The notes under the pieces are model-generated. The model was not told the DNA's origin and did no database searches. It saw only the letters and a list, made by a program, of their open reading frames with translations. The position numbers were made by a program, and so were the translations under genes. This document shows positions 1 to 8,017 of a stretch of DNA of 12,323 nt, one piece after another. The stretch spans positions 1-12,323 of the forward strand of contig CALKEP010000043.1 in NCBI GenBank assembly GCA_938084645.1, written 5' to 3'. How positions within the stretch are numbered: the stretch's first letter is position 1; each line of letters begins with the position of its first letter. The stretch comes from an uncultured Phycisphaerales bacterium. Its GTDB lineage: Bacteria > Planctomycetota > Phycisphaerae > Phycisphaerales > SM1A02.

Positions 1-1028
1 GGAGTCCGGGCCCGCATGGAGGAGAATCCTCCGTTGTTCTCGAGCGAGGTGGCGCCTTCGAACACGACGACCCCGTCCTTCGCCGCGATCTTGCCGGTGG
101 ATCGACCGCCCATGACCCCGTCGAGGACGGTCTGCCAGCGGGAGGCTTCCGACGCGTCGTCGAAGGAGAAGACGGTGGTTCCGCGGGGCGCGAACCCGCC
201 GCGGCCGGCCGGCTTCGGGGCGGGCTTGGTGGCGCTGGTGGGCTGCATGGTCATTCCGTCCGCGAAGAGGCTGTCGATGATGCGTCGGTAGGCCCAGGCA
301 CGATCACGACTGGTCGACTCGCCGGCGATCTCCTTGAGACGGGAGGCGAGATTCGCCCGGCCCTGTTCGTCGAGGCCGAAGTCGCCCGCAAGGGAGACCG
401 CATCCAGGGCCGTCGCGTAGATCTCCGCACATGCGTCGATGTTGCCGTCGTTGTAGAGCGGGGCGCCACGCGACACGGCGATTTCGAGAAGGGTCTCCAT
501 GGGAGAGACCTGCCGGGCGGGGACGAGGACGCGGTCGATGAGGTGGACGATGCCGTTCGAGGCGGAGACGTCGGCGGTCTCGACGACCGCTTCGTCGACG
601 AAGAGTCGACCACGGGCGGCGGCGAGAGGAAGGGTGGTTCCCGCAAGCGTCTCGATGCCGTCACGGTCGACGAGGTCGCGGGCCTCGAAGCGGCCGGCGA
701 CCACGTGATTCTTGAGGATGCGGACGAGCGTGGGTCGACCGGCATCGGTCAGAAGGCTGGAGAGCGTGTCCTCACCGAGGCGGGCGAATGCCGCATCGGT
801 AGGGGCGAAGACGGTCAGCGGTCCGGGGCCCGAGAGGGCTTCGGCAAGACCCGCGGCCTGCACGGCGGCGACAAGCGTGTCGAGACGCCCGCTGGCGACT
901 GCGGTCTCGGGAATGTTGCCGTTGTCGGAGACGGCCGTCGCGGTCACGAAGGCACCGGAGATCGCGGCGGCGGTGCCAGCGAGGGCAGCCGTCCAGCGAC
1001 GTGAGATGGTGGATCGATTCGGGGTCAT
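1..1028 (-). CDS. Putatively exported multidomain protein: fasciclin (FAS1) + uncharacterised helical domain + CIA30/NDUFAF1-like domain; 3' end outside the window
   Basis: Not in the ORF track because there is no stop in the window. Hand translation from ATG 1028 (AAAGGAAC upstream) stays open for 342 codons. It gives a signal-like N-terminus MTPNRSTISRRWTAALAGTAAAISGAFVTATA, FAS1 motifs TLVAAVQAAGLAEALSGPGPLTVFAPTDAAF, ILKNHVV and ADVSASNGIVHLIDRVLVP, then AVSRGAPLYNDGNIDACAEIY...RAWAYRRIID, then CIA30 motifs WQTVLDGVMGGRS and FEGATSLENNGGFSSMR. Confidence 0.92.
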   Translation of the reverse strand, partial: MTPNRSTISRRWTAALAGTAAAISGAFVTATAVSDNGNIPETAVASGRLDTLVAAVQAAGLAEALSGPGPLTVFAPTDAAFARLGEDTLSSLLTDAGRPTLVRILKNHVVAGRFEARDLVDRDGIETLAGTTLPLAAARGRLFVDEAVVETADVSASNGIVHLIDRVLVPARQVSPMETLLEIAVSRGAPLYNDGNIDACAEIYATALDAVSLAGDFGLDEQGRANLASRLKEIAGESTSRDRAWAYRRIIDSLFADGMTMQPTSATKPAPKPAGRGGFAPRGTTVFSFDDASEASRWQTVLDGVMGGRSTGKIAAKDGVVVFEGATSLENNGGFSSMRART

Positions 1029-1061
1029 GGTCCCGTTCCTTTGCAGAGGGTTGAGGGCGCG

Positions 1062-1090
1062 AAAAACTCGGACGGAACGGTCTTCGTCCG
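1062..1090 (-). terminator. Possible intrinsic terminator or attenuator hairpin between arnT and the FAS1 gene
   Basis: Minus strand reads CGGACG-AAGACCGTTC-CGTCCG-AG-TTTTT: a 6-bp GC-rich stem with a U5 tract 2 nt later. The stem is short and the loop is large. Confidence 0.35.
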
Positions 1091-1124
1091 CGATCTGGCT
1101 TCCGATTCAAACGAGTTCAAGGCC

Positions 1125-1156
1125 GCCCCCAGACCGCCTCTCGGGGTCCTGAGGGC
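1125..1156 (-). other. GC-rich stem-loop with GAGA (GNRA) tetraloop just after the arnT stop
   Basis: Minus strand GCCCTCA-G-GACC-CC-GAGA-GG-C-GGTC-TGGGGGC pairs over about 13 bp with two single-base bulges and one G-U pair. No U-tract follows directly. Confidence 0.3.
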
Positions 1157-1182
1157 CATCTGGTCCCACCTGCGGGTGTTTC

Positions 1183-2904
1183 TCAATCCTGATCGAGGGC
1201 TTCCGGCGGCCACACGGCGATCAGAATGTCTCGGCCGGATCGATAGGCGGGGCGGGGAAGTCCGGCCGCATCGACCTTCGCCTCGAGGGAGGCTCTTTCG
1301 GCTTCGGGATCGTCCGCCAGTACGAGAACTGGTCGGTCGATCGTCGCGGTGCGAAGCACCGGGAGGAGTTCGGCGTCGGTCACGTGCCAGTCGGCGTGCT
1401 CCTCGAAGTTCTCGACCCCCCACGTCAGCTCACCGGCGCTGCCGAGCAACCGGATCTCCGCATCGGGCCAGGCCCAGCCCGCCCCGTGGATCGTCGACGC
1501 TTCGGCGAGTACGACGCTTCGCGACGCGATCGGCTCCATCGTCTCCAACCATGCCACGGGGACCTTCGAGATCTTCATCCATCCCGTGGGGAGACACGCT
1601 GGTGCCACGGCGAACGCGAGTGCGGGTCCGAGACATCCCAAGAGGACACGCTCGGCGGGATCGACGGTTCGTTGTGAGATTCGATCGAACAGTCCCCACG
1701 CGAGAAGCGCCGTGGCGAGGATCGCGAGCCGCCATTCACCACCGTCCTCCCACGCGCTTCCGATCGAGGGATCGAGCGGCATGAACGGCGTGAGCAGCAG
1801 CAGCACGCCGCCGAGCGGGATCAGAAGCCATTCTCCGTGGGTGCGTTTTCCAGGTGCGCTCTTGAAGTAGTTGACCAGACCGACGGCGATGAGCATGGCC
1901 GCGGGCGCGAACGACGGGAGGATGTACGTCGCCAGTTTCCCCGAGGAGATCGAGAAGAACACGATCGGAATCACGGTCCAGCAGAGGAGAAGTCGCGTTT
2001 CCGGTGATCCGCCGACTCGTCGGAGTCCACCGATCACGAACGGCAGCGTGAGACACCACGGGAAGAGGCCGGCCACGAAGATCGGAACGAAGTACCACCA
2101 CGGTTCCGGATGCTGCGCATCGGCCCCACCCGTGAATCGGTTGATGTGTTCGACCCAGAAGAAGTAGTGCCAGTACTCGGGGGCGGCCAGGTGCACCGCG
2201 ATCCCCCAGGGAAGCACGGTCGCGATGGCCACGATGCCGGGAATCCAGGGGAGCGTGAACAGTCCTTTCCAGTCGCGTTCCCAGGCCAGCCACGGCGCCA
2301 GGACGATTCCGGGAATCGCGATCGCGAGAAAGCCCTTGGTGAGGAAGGCGAGCCCGCACGCCACGCCGGAGGCGACGAGCCAGCCGACTCGAATCGGACC
2401 GGTCGCCCGCCAGGCGAGGAAGAAGAAGGTGATCGAGCCGGTGACCAGGGCGGCGAAGGGGCCGTCGAGAATCGCGGCGGTTCCGAGGATCGCGACCTCG
2501 AGCGACGTCATGAAGATCATCGCCGCGATCGCCGCGACGTCCCATCGCGCCGTCCAGCGGCGAACGAAGAGAAGCACCAGGCCCGCGGCGAACCCGGTCG
2601 TCACGGCGGCGGGGAGTCGGAGGGCGAACGCGTTCTCGCCGAATCCGAGGAATGCGGTGGCGGTCATCCAGTATCCGAGCACCGGTTTCTCGAAGTACCG
2701 CACGCCCATCAGATGCGGAACGATCCACTCGCCCGTCTCGATCATCTCGAGGGGGATCACGCCGTAGCGGCCTTCGTCCGGCATCACCATCGGTCGGAGT
2801 CCCAGCGGCACGATGAAGATGCCGATGAACACCGCCATGGCCGTCAGCAGGGCGAGTCGGTCGAGCCGTCGTGATCGAGGGCGGTCGAGCATGCCGGGCA
2901 TCAT
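1183..2904 (-). CDS. arnT: Lipid A 4-amino-4-deoxy-L-arabinose transferase (GT83, ArnT), about 573 aa
   Basis: ArnT motifs PDEGRY, WIVPHLMGVRYFEKPVLGYW, LTKGFLAIAIP, YWHYFFWVEHINRF, AQHPEPWWYF, GKLATYILP and GELTWG, with many hydrophobic segments. Start placed at ATG 2904 (ATGA overlap with the arnD stop); alternatives are 2901 and 2892. The ORF-track extension to 3318 overlaps arnD. Confidence 0.95.
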   Translation of the reverse strand: MMPGMLDRPRSRRLDRLALLTAMAVFIGIFIVPLGLRPMVMPDEGRYGVIPLEMIETGEWIVPHLMGVRYFEKPVLGYWMTATAFLGFGENAFALRLPAAVTTGFAAGLVLLFVRRWTARWDVAAIAAMIFMTSLEVAILGTAAILDGPFAALVTGSITFFFLAWRATGPIRVGWLVASGVACGLAFLTKGFLAIAIPGIVLAPWLAWERDWKGLFTLPWIPGIVAIATVLPWGIAVHLAAPEYWHYFFWVEHINRFTGGADAQHPEPWWYFVPIFVAGLFPWCLTLPFVIGGLRRVGGSPETRLLLCWTVIPIVFFSISSGKLATYILPSFAPAAMLIAVGLVNYFKSAPGKRTHGEWLLIPLGGVLLLLTPFMPLDPSIGSAWEDGGEWRLAILATALLAWGLFDRISQRTVDPAERVLLGCLGPALAFAVAPACLPTGWMKISKVPVAWLETMEPIASRSVVLAEASTIHGAGWAWPDAEIRLLGSAGELTWGVENFEEHADWHVTDAELLPVLRTATIDRPVLVLADDPEAERASLEAKVDAAGLPRPAYRSGRDILIAVWPPEALDQD

Positions 2905-3776
2905 CCCAGAACCGAGTCGGTTCGCACGGCGAGCCAGCCGTCCCGCCCGTCGACGGTTCCGCGTTCGAGTCGGCCGGGAGGCGGATCGTCGGGAAGCAGT
3001 TCGCCGAGCGTGCAGGCCCCACCGCCCTCGGCGTCGAGGCGATCGAGAAAATCCTCGAACAAGGGGGCCTTGCAGCCGCCCTCGGACTCGGCGTGGATGG
3101 TGAGGACGTCGAGGTCGTCCCGATTCATCGAGGCGAGCACGTGGGCGTTGAAATTCGAGTCGTCGATTCCCGCGTGGCCGACCGCTTCGTCCCAGGTGGG
3201 CAGGTTGACCGCGATCTGCGGCGGGCCGTGCGGTGGCTGGAACGCGCCTCGGCCCCGGCAGTCGCTCGCGTACCGATAGCCGAGTCCCTCCCGGAGCGCG
3301 AGCAGTTCGGGGGTGCATCGCCAGCCCGGTGCGGCGGTGCAGGTCGGAAGGACCCCGGCGCTTTCGCCGATCGCGTCATGCGCCCGCCGGATCTCGTTCC
3401 GGACCACGTCGACGGGGAGCCGGTGGGCCGCGACCTGCCATCGATGGTGATCCCACGCGTGCATGCCGATCTCGTGGCCGGCGTCCGCGATCGCCCGGAG
3501 GCGATCACCGAGGGAACGATGGATGACCGGGCCCGGCCAGAGCGTGCCTCGAAGCAGGATGTCCCAGCCGTAGATGCCGGCGGCGTTCGAACGCAGCATC
3601 TTCCAGAGGAAGGACGGCCGCACCAGGCGACGAAGATGTCGTCCCATGTTGTCCGGGCCCACGGTGAGGAAGAACGTCGCCCGGATCCCTCGCTGATCGA
3701 GGATCCGCAGCAGTTCCGGCACGCCGTCGCGCGTCCCGCGATAGGTGTCGACATCGATGCGAAGGCCGAGCTTCAT
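2901..3776 (-). CDS. arnD: Undecaprenyl-phosphate-L-Ara4FN deformylase (ArnD, polysaccharide deacetylase fold), 291 aa
   Basis: N-terminus [20 protein letters not shown] plus [52 protein letters not shown] and TIHAESEG. Lies between arnA and arnT. Confidence 0.96.
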   Translation of the reverse strand: MKLGLRIDVDTYRGTRDGVPELLRILDQRGIRATFFLTVGPDNMGRHLRRLVRPSFLWKMLRSNAAGIYGWDILLRGTLWPGPVIHRSLGDRLRAIADAGHEIGMHAWDHHRWQVAAHRLPVDVVRNEIRRAHDAIGESAGVLPTCTAAPGWRCTPELLALREGLGYRYASDCRGRGAFQPPHGPPQIAVNLPTWDEAVGHAGIDDSNFNAHVLASMNRDDLDVLTIHAESEGGCKAPLFEDFLDRLDAEGGGACTLGELLPDDPPPGRLERGTVDGRDGWLAVRTDSVLG

Positions 3777-5788
3777 ACGGTGGTGACGGCGGTCCGGGGT
3801 GCCGGATCGGCTTCGATACCCATCGCACTGATGTGGTCGTCGATGAACCAGTCGACGGTCCGGTCGACCGACTCCTGCGTGGAGATCGACGGCGTCCAGT
3901 CGAGGATCCGCTTCGCGTTGCGGATCGAGGGGCGTCGGTGCTGCACGTCCTGGTAGCCCTTGCCGTAGTACCGACCGCTTTCGACCACGCGATACCCGGC
4001 GAAGGGCGGGAAGCGATGCCGCATCGGATGCGCGTCGAACCGGGCGACGATCATCTCCGCGAGTTCACGGATGCTCGCCTCGTTGTCGGGATTGCCGATG
4101 TTCACGATCTTGCCGGAACTCCGGCCTTCGCGGTCGTCGATCATCCGGAAGAGGCAGTCGATGCCTTCGGTGACGTCGGTGAAGCATCGCTTCTGTTCGC
4201 CGCCGTCGACGAGCTGGATCGGCGTGCCTTCGACCAGATTGAGGATGAGCTGGGTGATCGCCCGCGAGGAGCCGACCCGCGCGGAGTCGAGGGTGTCGAG
4301 TCGCGGACCGATCCAGTTGAACGGCCGGAAGAGCGTGAAATCGAGTTCTTCCTTCGCGCCGTACGCCCAGATCACCCGGTCCAGCAGCTGCTTCGAGCAG
4401 GAATAGATCCAGCGCTGCTTGTTGATGGGGCCGAGCACGAGGCTGGATCGATCTTCGTCGAACGACTCGTCGGCGCACATCCCGTAGACCTCGCTGGTCG
4501 ACGGGAAGATGATTCGTCGGCCGTACTTGACGCAGTCCCGGACGATCCGCAGGTTCTGCTCGAAGTCCAGTTCGAAGACCCGGAGCGGATTTCGGACGTA
4601 TTCGATCGGCGTCGCGATCGCCACGAGGGGCAGCACCACATCGCACTTCCGGACGTGGTATTCGACCCATTCCCGGTTGATCGAGATGTCGCCTTCCACG
4701 AAGTGGAATCCGTCGCGGTGGAGCAGGTGCTCCACGTTGGTCGCCCGGAGGTCCATGCCGTAGACCTCGTAGCCGGCGGCGAGCAGCTGTTCCGAGAGAT
4801 GACTCCCGATGAAGCCGTTCACCCCGAGGATGAGCACCGAACGCGGGCGCGCCGTCGCGACCGGGGCGGCTCGACCGAGTCGCATGCCGTCGACGAGGTT
4901 CATTTCCTCCGCGAGATGATCACCGCTGCTCCAGACGCCCTCGGAGGACTGTCCGGCGTCGATTCGAAGGGTCCCCCGGCCGCAGGCGATGCTCAGCGGC
5001 GACGTGGAGAGGATGGTACCGGCCGTTTCTCCCGAGTCGTCCTTCATCGCGGTTGCGGACCAGATCCGCACCTCCCGCTCGCCGGCATGCGTGAAGGCGC
5101 CCGGCCAGGGATGGGTCACGGCTCGGATCAGGTTGCGAACGTCGTTCGCGTCGGCCGCCCAGTCGATGAGTCCGTCCTCGGGCGATCGGCCCGGGTAGGT
5201 CGTGGCGTCGGCGCCCTTCTGGGGCTCGGCGGTGAAGGTGCCGTCGGTGATCGTCGGAAGAACCCGCGCAAGCATCGGTCCGGTCGCGGCCACGAGCTTG
5301 GCGGTGAGGGAAGCGGCGGTGTCCGCCTCGTCGATCGGCACCGGAACCTGCGCGACGACGTCGCCGGCATCGGCGGCTTCGGTCATGTGATGAAGCGTGA
5401 TCCCCGTCTCGGTCTCGCCTTCGACCAGGACCCAGTTGATCGGTGCTCGACCGCGGAAACGCGGAAGCAGCGAGGCATGAAGATTGAAGCAGCGATCGGG
5501 ACAGATCGCGAGGAGGTCGCGTCCGATCATCCGTCGGTAGTGGGCGGAGAGGATCGCGTCCGGCCCCATCTCCCGGATCCGATCGATCCACAACGGATGG
5601 TTCGCGGATTCGGGCGCATGCACGGGAATGCCGTGCTCCGAGGCGATCCGAGCGACCGACCGGAACCAGTTTCCCTCGCCGGGATCGTCCCGATGGGTGA
5701 ACACCGCGAGCACTTCCGCGTTCGAGGCGAGCAGGGCCTCGAGCGTCGCGGCGCCGATCTCGTGATACGCGAAGAGGACGACCTTCAT
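3773..5788 (-). CDS. arnA: Bifunctional UDP-L-Ara4N formyltransferase / UDP-glucuronate C4-oxidative decarboxylase (ArnA), 671 aa
   Basis: Start [12 protein letters not shown] at ATG 5788 overlaps the arnC stop. Formyltransferase motifs [19 protein letters not shown] and [15 protein letters not shown] domain motifs [55 protein letters not shown] and [11 protein letters not shown]. Confidence 0.97.
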   Translation of the reverse strand: MKVVLFAYHEIGAATLEALLASNAEVLAVFTHRDDPGEGNWFRSVARIASEHGIPVHAPESANHPLWIDRIREMGPDAILSAHYRRMIGRDLLAICPDRCFNLHASLLPRFRGRAPINWVLVEGETETGITLHHMTEAADAGDVVAQVPVPIDEADTAASLTAKLVAATGPMLARVLPTITDGTFTAEPQKGADATTYPGRSPEDGLIDWAADANDVRNLIRAVTHPWPGAFTHAGEREVRIWSATAMKDDSGETAGTILSTSPLSIACGRGTLRIDAGQSSEGVWSSGDHLAEEMNLVDGMRLGRAAPVATARPRSVLILGVNGFIGSHLSEQLLAAGYEVYGMDLRATNVEHLLHRDGFHFVEGDISINREWVEYHVRKCDVVLPLVAIATPIEYVRNPLRVFELDFEQNLRIVRDCVKYGRRIIFPSTSEVYGMCADESFDEDRSSLVLGPINKQRWIYSCSKQLLDRVIWAYGAKEELDFTLFRPFNWIGPRLDTLDSARVGSSRAITQLILNLVEGTPIQLVDGGEQKRCFTDVTEGIDCLFRMIDDREGRSSGKIVNIGNPDNEASIRELAEMIVARFDAHPMRHRFPPFAGYRVVESGRYYGKGYQDVQHRRPSIRNAKRILDWTPSISTQESVDRTVDWFIDDHISAMGIEADPAPRTAVTTV

Positions 5789-6789
5789 AGGGAGATTCCC
5801 GTTTCGATGACGATGCCGTCGGGACGAGGCTCGGACATCGATCGCTCGAGTCCGGAATCGCCTTCGATTCGATCGATGAAGTAGCGGGGCCGACCGCGAA
5901 CATCGTGATACACGCGTCCGAGATACTCGCCGAGGAGGCCCATGCCGATGAATTGCGCGCCGATGAAGATGAACAGGACGGCGAAGAGCGTGAAGACGCC
6001 GTTCTCCGCCCATTCGGTGCCGAGGATGAACCGCCCCGCGAGCAGCAGCAGGCCGAAGCCGAATCCGCCGAGGGCGATCGCGACGCCGGCCCACGAAAGG
6101 AGCCGCAGCGGCGTGGTGGTCATGCTGGTCAGCAGGTCGAACTGCAGGTTCACCAGTTTCCAGAGGCTGTACTTCGATTCCCCGGCGGCCCGCTCCGCGT
6201 GGGCGACCTCGATCTCCGTCGCCCGCTTGGCGAAACTGTTGGCGAGCACCGGAATGAACGTGCTTCGTTCCCGGCACTGGAGAATCGCGTTCACCACGGG
6301 GCGTCGGTAGGCCCGGAGCATGCAGCCGTAGTCGGTCATGCCCACGCCGGTCGACTTTCGCACCATCCAGTTGATGCAGGCGGAGGCCTTCCGTCGAAAG
6401 AACGAGTCCTGCCGGTTCCGGCGGATGGTCCCGACGACGTCGTTGCCTTCCTCGATCTTCTCGACGAGCCGGGGAATCTCCTCCGGTGGATTCTGGAGAT
6501 CGGCGTCGAGCGTGATGACGATCTCGCCGCGTGCGTGGCTGAAGCCGCAGATGATCGCCGCGTGCTGTCCGTAGTTGCGATTCAGAATGATCGCACGCAG
6601 GTGACCACCGTAGACCCGGGCCGCGGCCTCGAGCCGTTCGGTGGAGCCGTCGCGGCTTCCGTCGTCGACCAGAATGATCTCCGAGCGGTTCGGAAGCGTC
6701 TCGCAGGTCGAGACCACGCGCTCGAGAAGTGCGTCGAGATTCTCGATCTCGTTGTAGACGGGGATGATGATCGAGACGGTGTCGCTCAT
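5785..6789 (-). CDS. arnC: Undecaprenyl-phosphate 4-deoxy-4-formamido-L-arabinose transferase (GT2, ArnC), 334 aa
   Basis: Start [14 protein letters not shown] at ATG 6789 overlaps the arnB stop. Motifs [35 protein letters not shown] (DxD), [11 protein letters not shown] and [14 protein letters not shown], two C-terminal hydrophobic helices, then [19 protein letters not shown]. Confidence 0.96.
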   Translation of the reverse strand: MSDTVSIIIPVYNEIENLDALLERVVSTCETLPNRSEIILVDDGSRDGSTERLEAAARVYGGHLRAIILNRNYGQHAAIICGFSHARGEIVITLDADLQNPPEEIPRLVEKIEEGNDVVGTIRRNRQDSFFRRKASACINWMVRKSTGVGMTDYGCMLRAYRRPVVNAILQCRERSTFIPVLANSFAKRATEIEVAHAERAAGESKYSLWKLVNLQFDLLTSMTTTPLRLLSWAGVAIALGGFGFGLLLLAGRFILGTEWAENGVFTLFAVLFIFIGAQFIGMGLLGEYLGRVYHDVRGRPRYFIDRIEGDSGLERSMSEPRPDGIVIETGISL

Positions 6790-7961
6790 GCCGGAACGCT
6801 TCCAGTGGAGGGGACGATCTCGCGGATCGCCTCGGCGACCTCGTCGACGTCCTCGTCCCGCATCGCGGGGAACAGCGGGAGCGAGCAGATGCGTTCGCTG
6901 TTCCACTCGGTGTTCGAGAGATCGTCGGCTCGCCAACGGTCCGGATGGTCGACGAACCATCGTTGCCCGTGAGCGGCGCGGAAGTGGATGCCGGTGCCGA
7001 TGTTCCGGGACTTGAGCGCGGCCATGAAACCTTCGCGATCGATCCCCGCCGCGTCGGGGTCGACCCGCACGATGAAGAGATGCCAGGCGTGTCGATCGGT
7101 CTCGGGGGAATCACCGAGCGGCAGGATTCCGGGAATCCCGGCGAGTCGTTCGCGATAGCGAAGGGCGAGATCACGGCGGCGGTCGATGAAGCCGTCGAGT
7201 CGCTTGAACTGGGAGTGGCCCAGCACCGCGTTCATGTCGGGCAGGTTGTACTTGAATCCGGGTTCCAGAACCTCGGCCTGCGGGGAACGGCCCTGTTGGC
7301 CGCGTTCCCAGGCATCGACGCCGAGGCCGTGGAATCGAAGTCGCCGCACGCGATCACCGAACTCGGCATCGTCGGTGACGAGCACGCCACCTTCGCCGCT
7401 GGTGATGTTCTTGATCGGATGGAGACTGAAGATCGCGGTCCCGCGGGTGCCGACCTCCTCGCCGCAGCGTCGTCGGGTGCCGACGGCGTGGGCCGCGTCC
7501 TCGATCACGGGAATGCCGCGCTTCGCCGCGAGTTCCCGGATCGCGGGAAGTTCCGCAGCGGCCCCCGCGTAGTCGACGGGAATGATCGCGCGGGTGCGTT
7601 CCGTGATCGCGGCTTCGATCGCCTCGGGGCCGGCCATGAGGGTGTCGCGATCCACGTCGACGAACACCGGCGTCGCGCCGAGTCGGACGATCATGTTGAT
7701 GGTCGAGACCCAGGTCATCGACGGCGTGACGATCTCGTCGCCGGGACCGACGTCGAGGGCGAGCAGGGCGAGGTGCATCGCGCCGGTGGCGCTGGACGTC
7801 GCCACCGCCCGGTCGGTGCCGAGGCGATCGAGGAACGCGGATTCGAGGTCGTTGCATCGAGCGCCGGTGGTGATCCATCCGCTTCGCAGGACCTCGGTCA
7901 CCGCGGCGACATCCTCCTCGCTGATCGAGGGACGGGCGAATGGAAGGAACTCTTGACGCAT
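6786..7961 (-). CDS. arnB: UDP-4-amino-4-deoxy-L-arabinose aminotransferase (PLP-dependent, ArnB), 391 aa
   Basis: Motifs [51 protein letters not shown] (PLP lysine), [28 protein letters not shown] and [11 protein letters not shown] 7961 has GGAG 11 nt upstream. The ORF-track GTG start at 7973 overlaps that SD. Confidence 0.96.
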   Translation of the reverse strand: MRQEFLPFARPSISEEDVAAVTEVLRSGWITTGARCNDLESAFLDRLGTDRAVATSSATGAMHLALLALDVGPGDEIVTPSMTWVSTINMIVRLGATPVFVDVDRDTLMAGPEAIEAAITERTRAIIPVDYAGAAAELPAIRELAAKRGIPVIEDAAHAVGTRRRCGEEVGTRGTAIFSLHPIKNITSGEGGVLVTDDAEFGDRVRRLRFHGLGVDAWERGQQGRSPQAEVLEPGFKYNLPDMNAVLGHSQFKRLDGFIDRRRDLALRYRERLAGIPGILPLGDSPETDRHAWHLFIVRVDPDAAGIDREGFMAALKSRNIGTGIHFRAAHGQRWFVDHPDRWRADDLSNTEWNSERICSLPLFPAMRDEDVDEVAEAIREIVPSTGSVPA

Positions 7962-7985
7962 CGCGACAGGCACTCCGATCTCGAA

Positions 7986-7994
7986 ATGCTAGCA
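7986..7994 (-). promoter_or_regulatory. Candidate extended -10 promoter for the arn operon
   Basis: TG-C-TAGCAT on the minus strand in the 56-nt gap before arnB, upstream of the GGAG SD. No recognisable -35. Confidence 0.4.
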
Positions 7995-8017
7995 GAACGA
8001 TCCGCCCGAATCCGCAC

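Noticed and set aside
990..1028. SRRW as a Tat signal in the FAS1 protein
   Set aside because: It lacks the F/L residues of S/T-R-R-x-F-L-K, so it cannot be distinguished from a Sec signal by eye.
1120..1185. Faint resemblance of GAAAC-ACC-CGCA-GGT-GGGAC to a c-di-GMP-I riboswitch and of CTCAGG to a glycine riboswitch
   Set aside because: Key conserved elements are missing: GCAAA and the tetraloop/receptor pair for c-di-GMP-I, and the GGAGA/GAAGG segments for glycine.
1183..3318. 711-aa version of arnT and the overlapping 428-aa ORF 1736-3022
   Set aside because: The N-terminal extension overlaps arnD and is Arg-rich noise. The 428-aa ORF is an off-frame shadow of arnT.
3833..5884. 683-aa antisense ORF and other long plus-strand ORFs (2871-3956, 5905-6972, 6945-8129, 9276-10175), plus minus-strand 11412-12179
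   Set aside because: Antisense shadows of well-supported genes, expected with high-GC codon usage. They contain no recognisable motifs.
3773..7174. 1133-aa ORF suggesting a giant ArnA fusion
   Set aside because: The first 462 codons overlap arnC and arnB in another frame and are low-complexity Arg/Pro/Ser-rich. ArnA similarity starts at ATG 5788 with an ATGA overlap.
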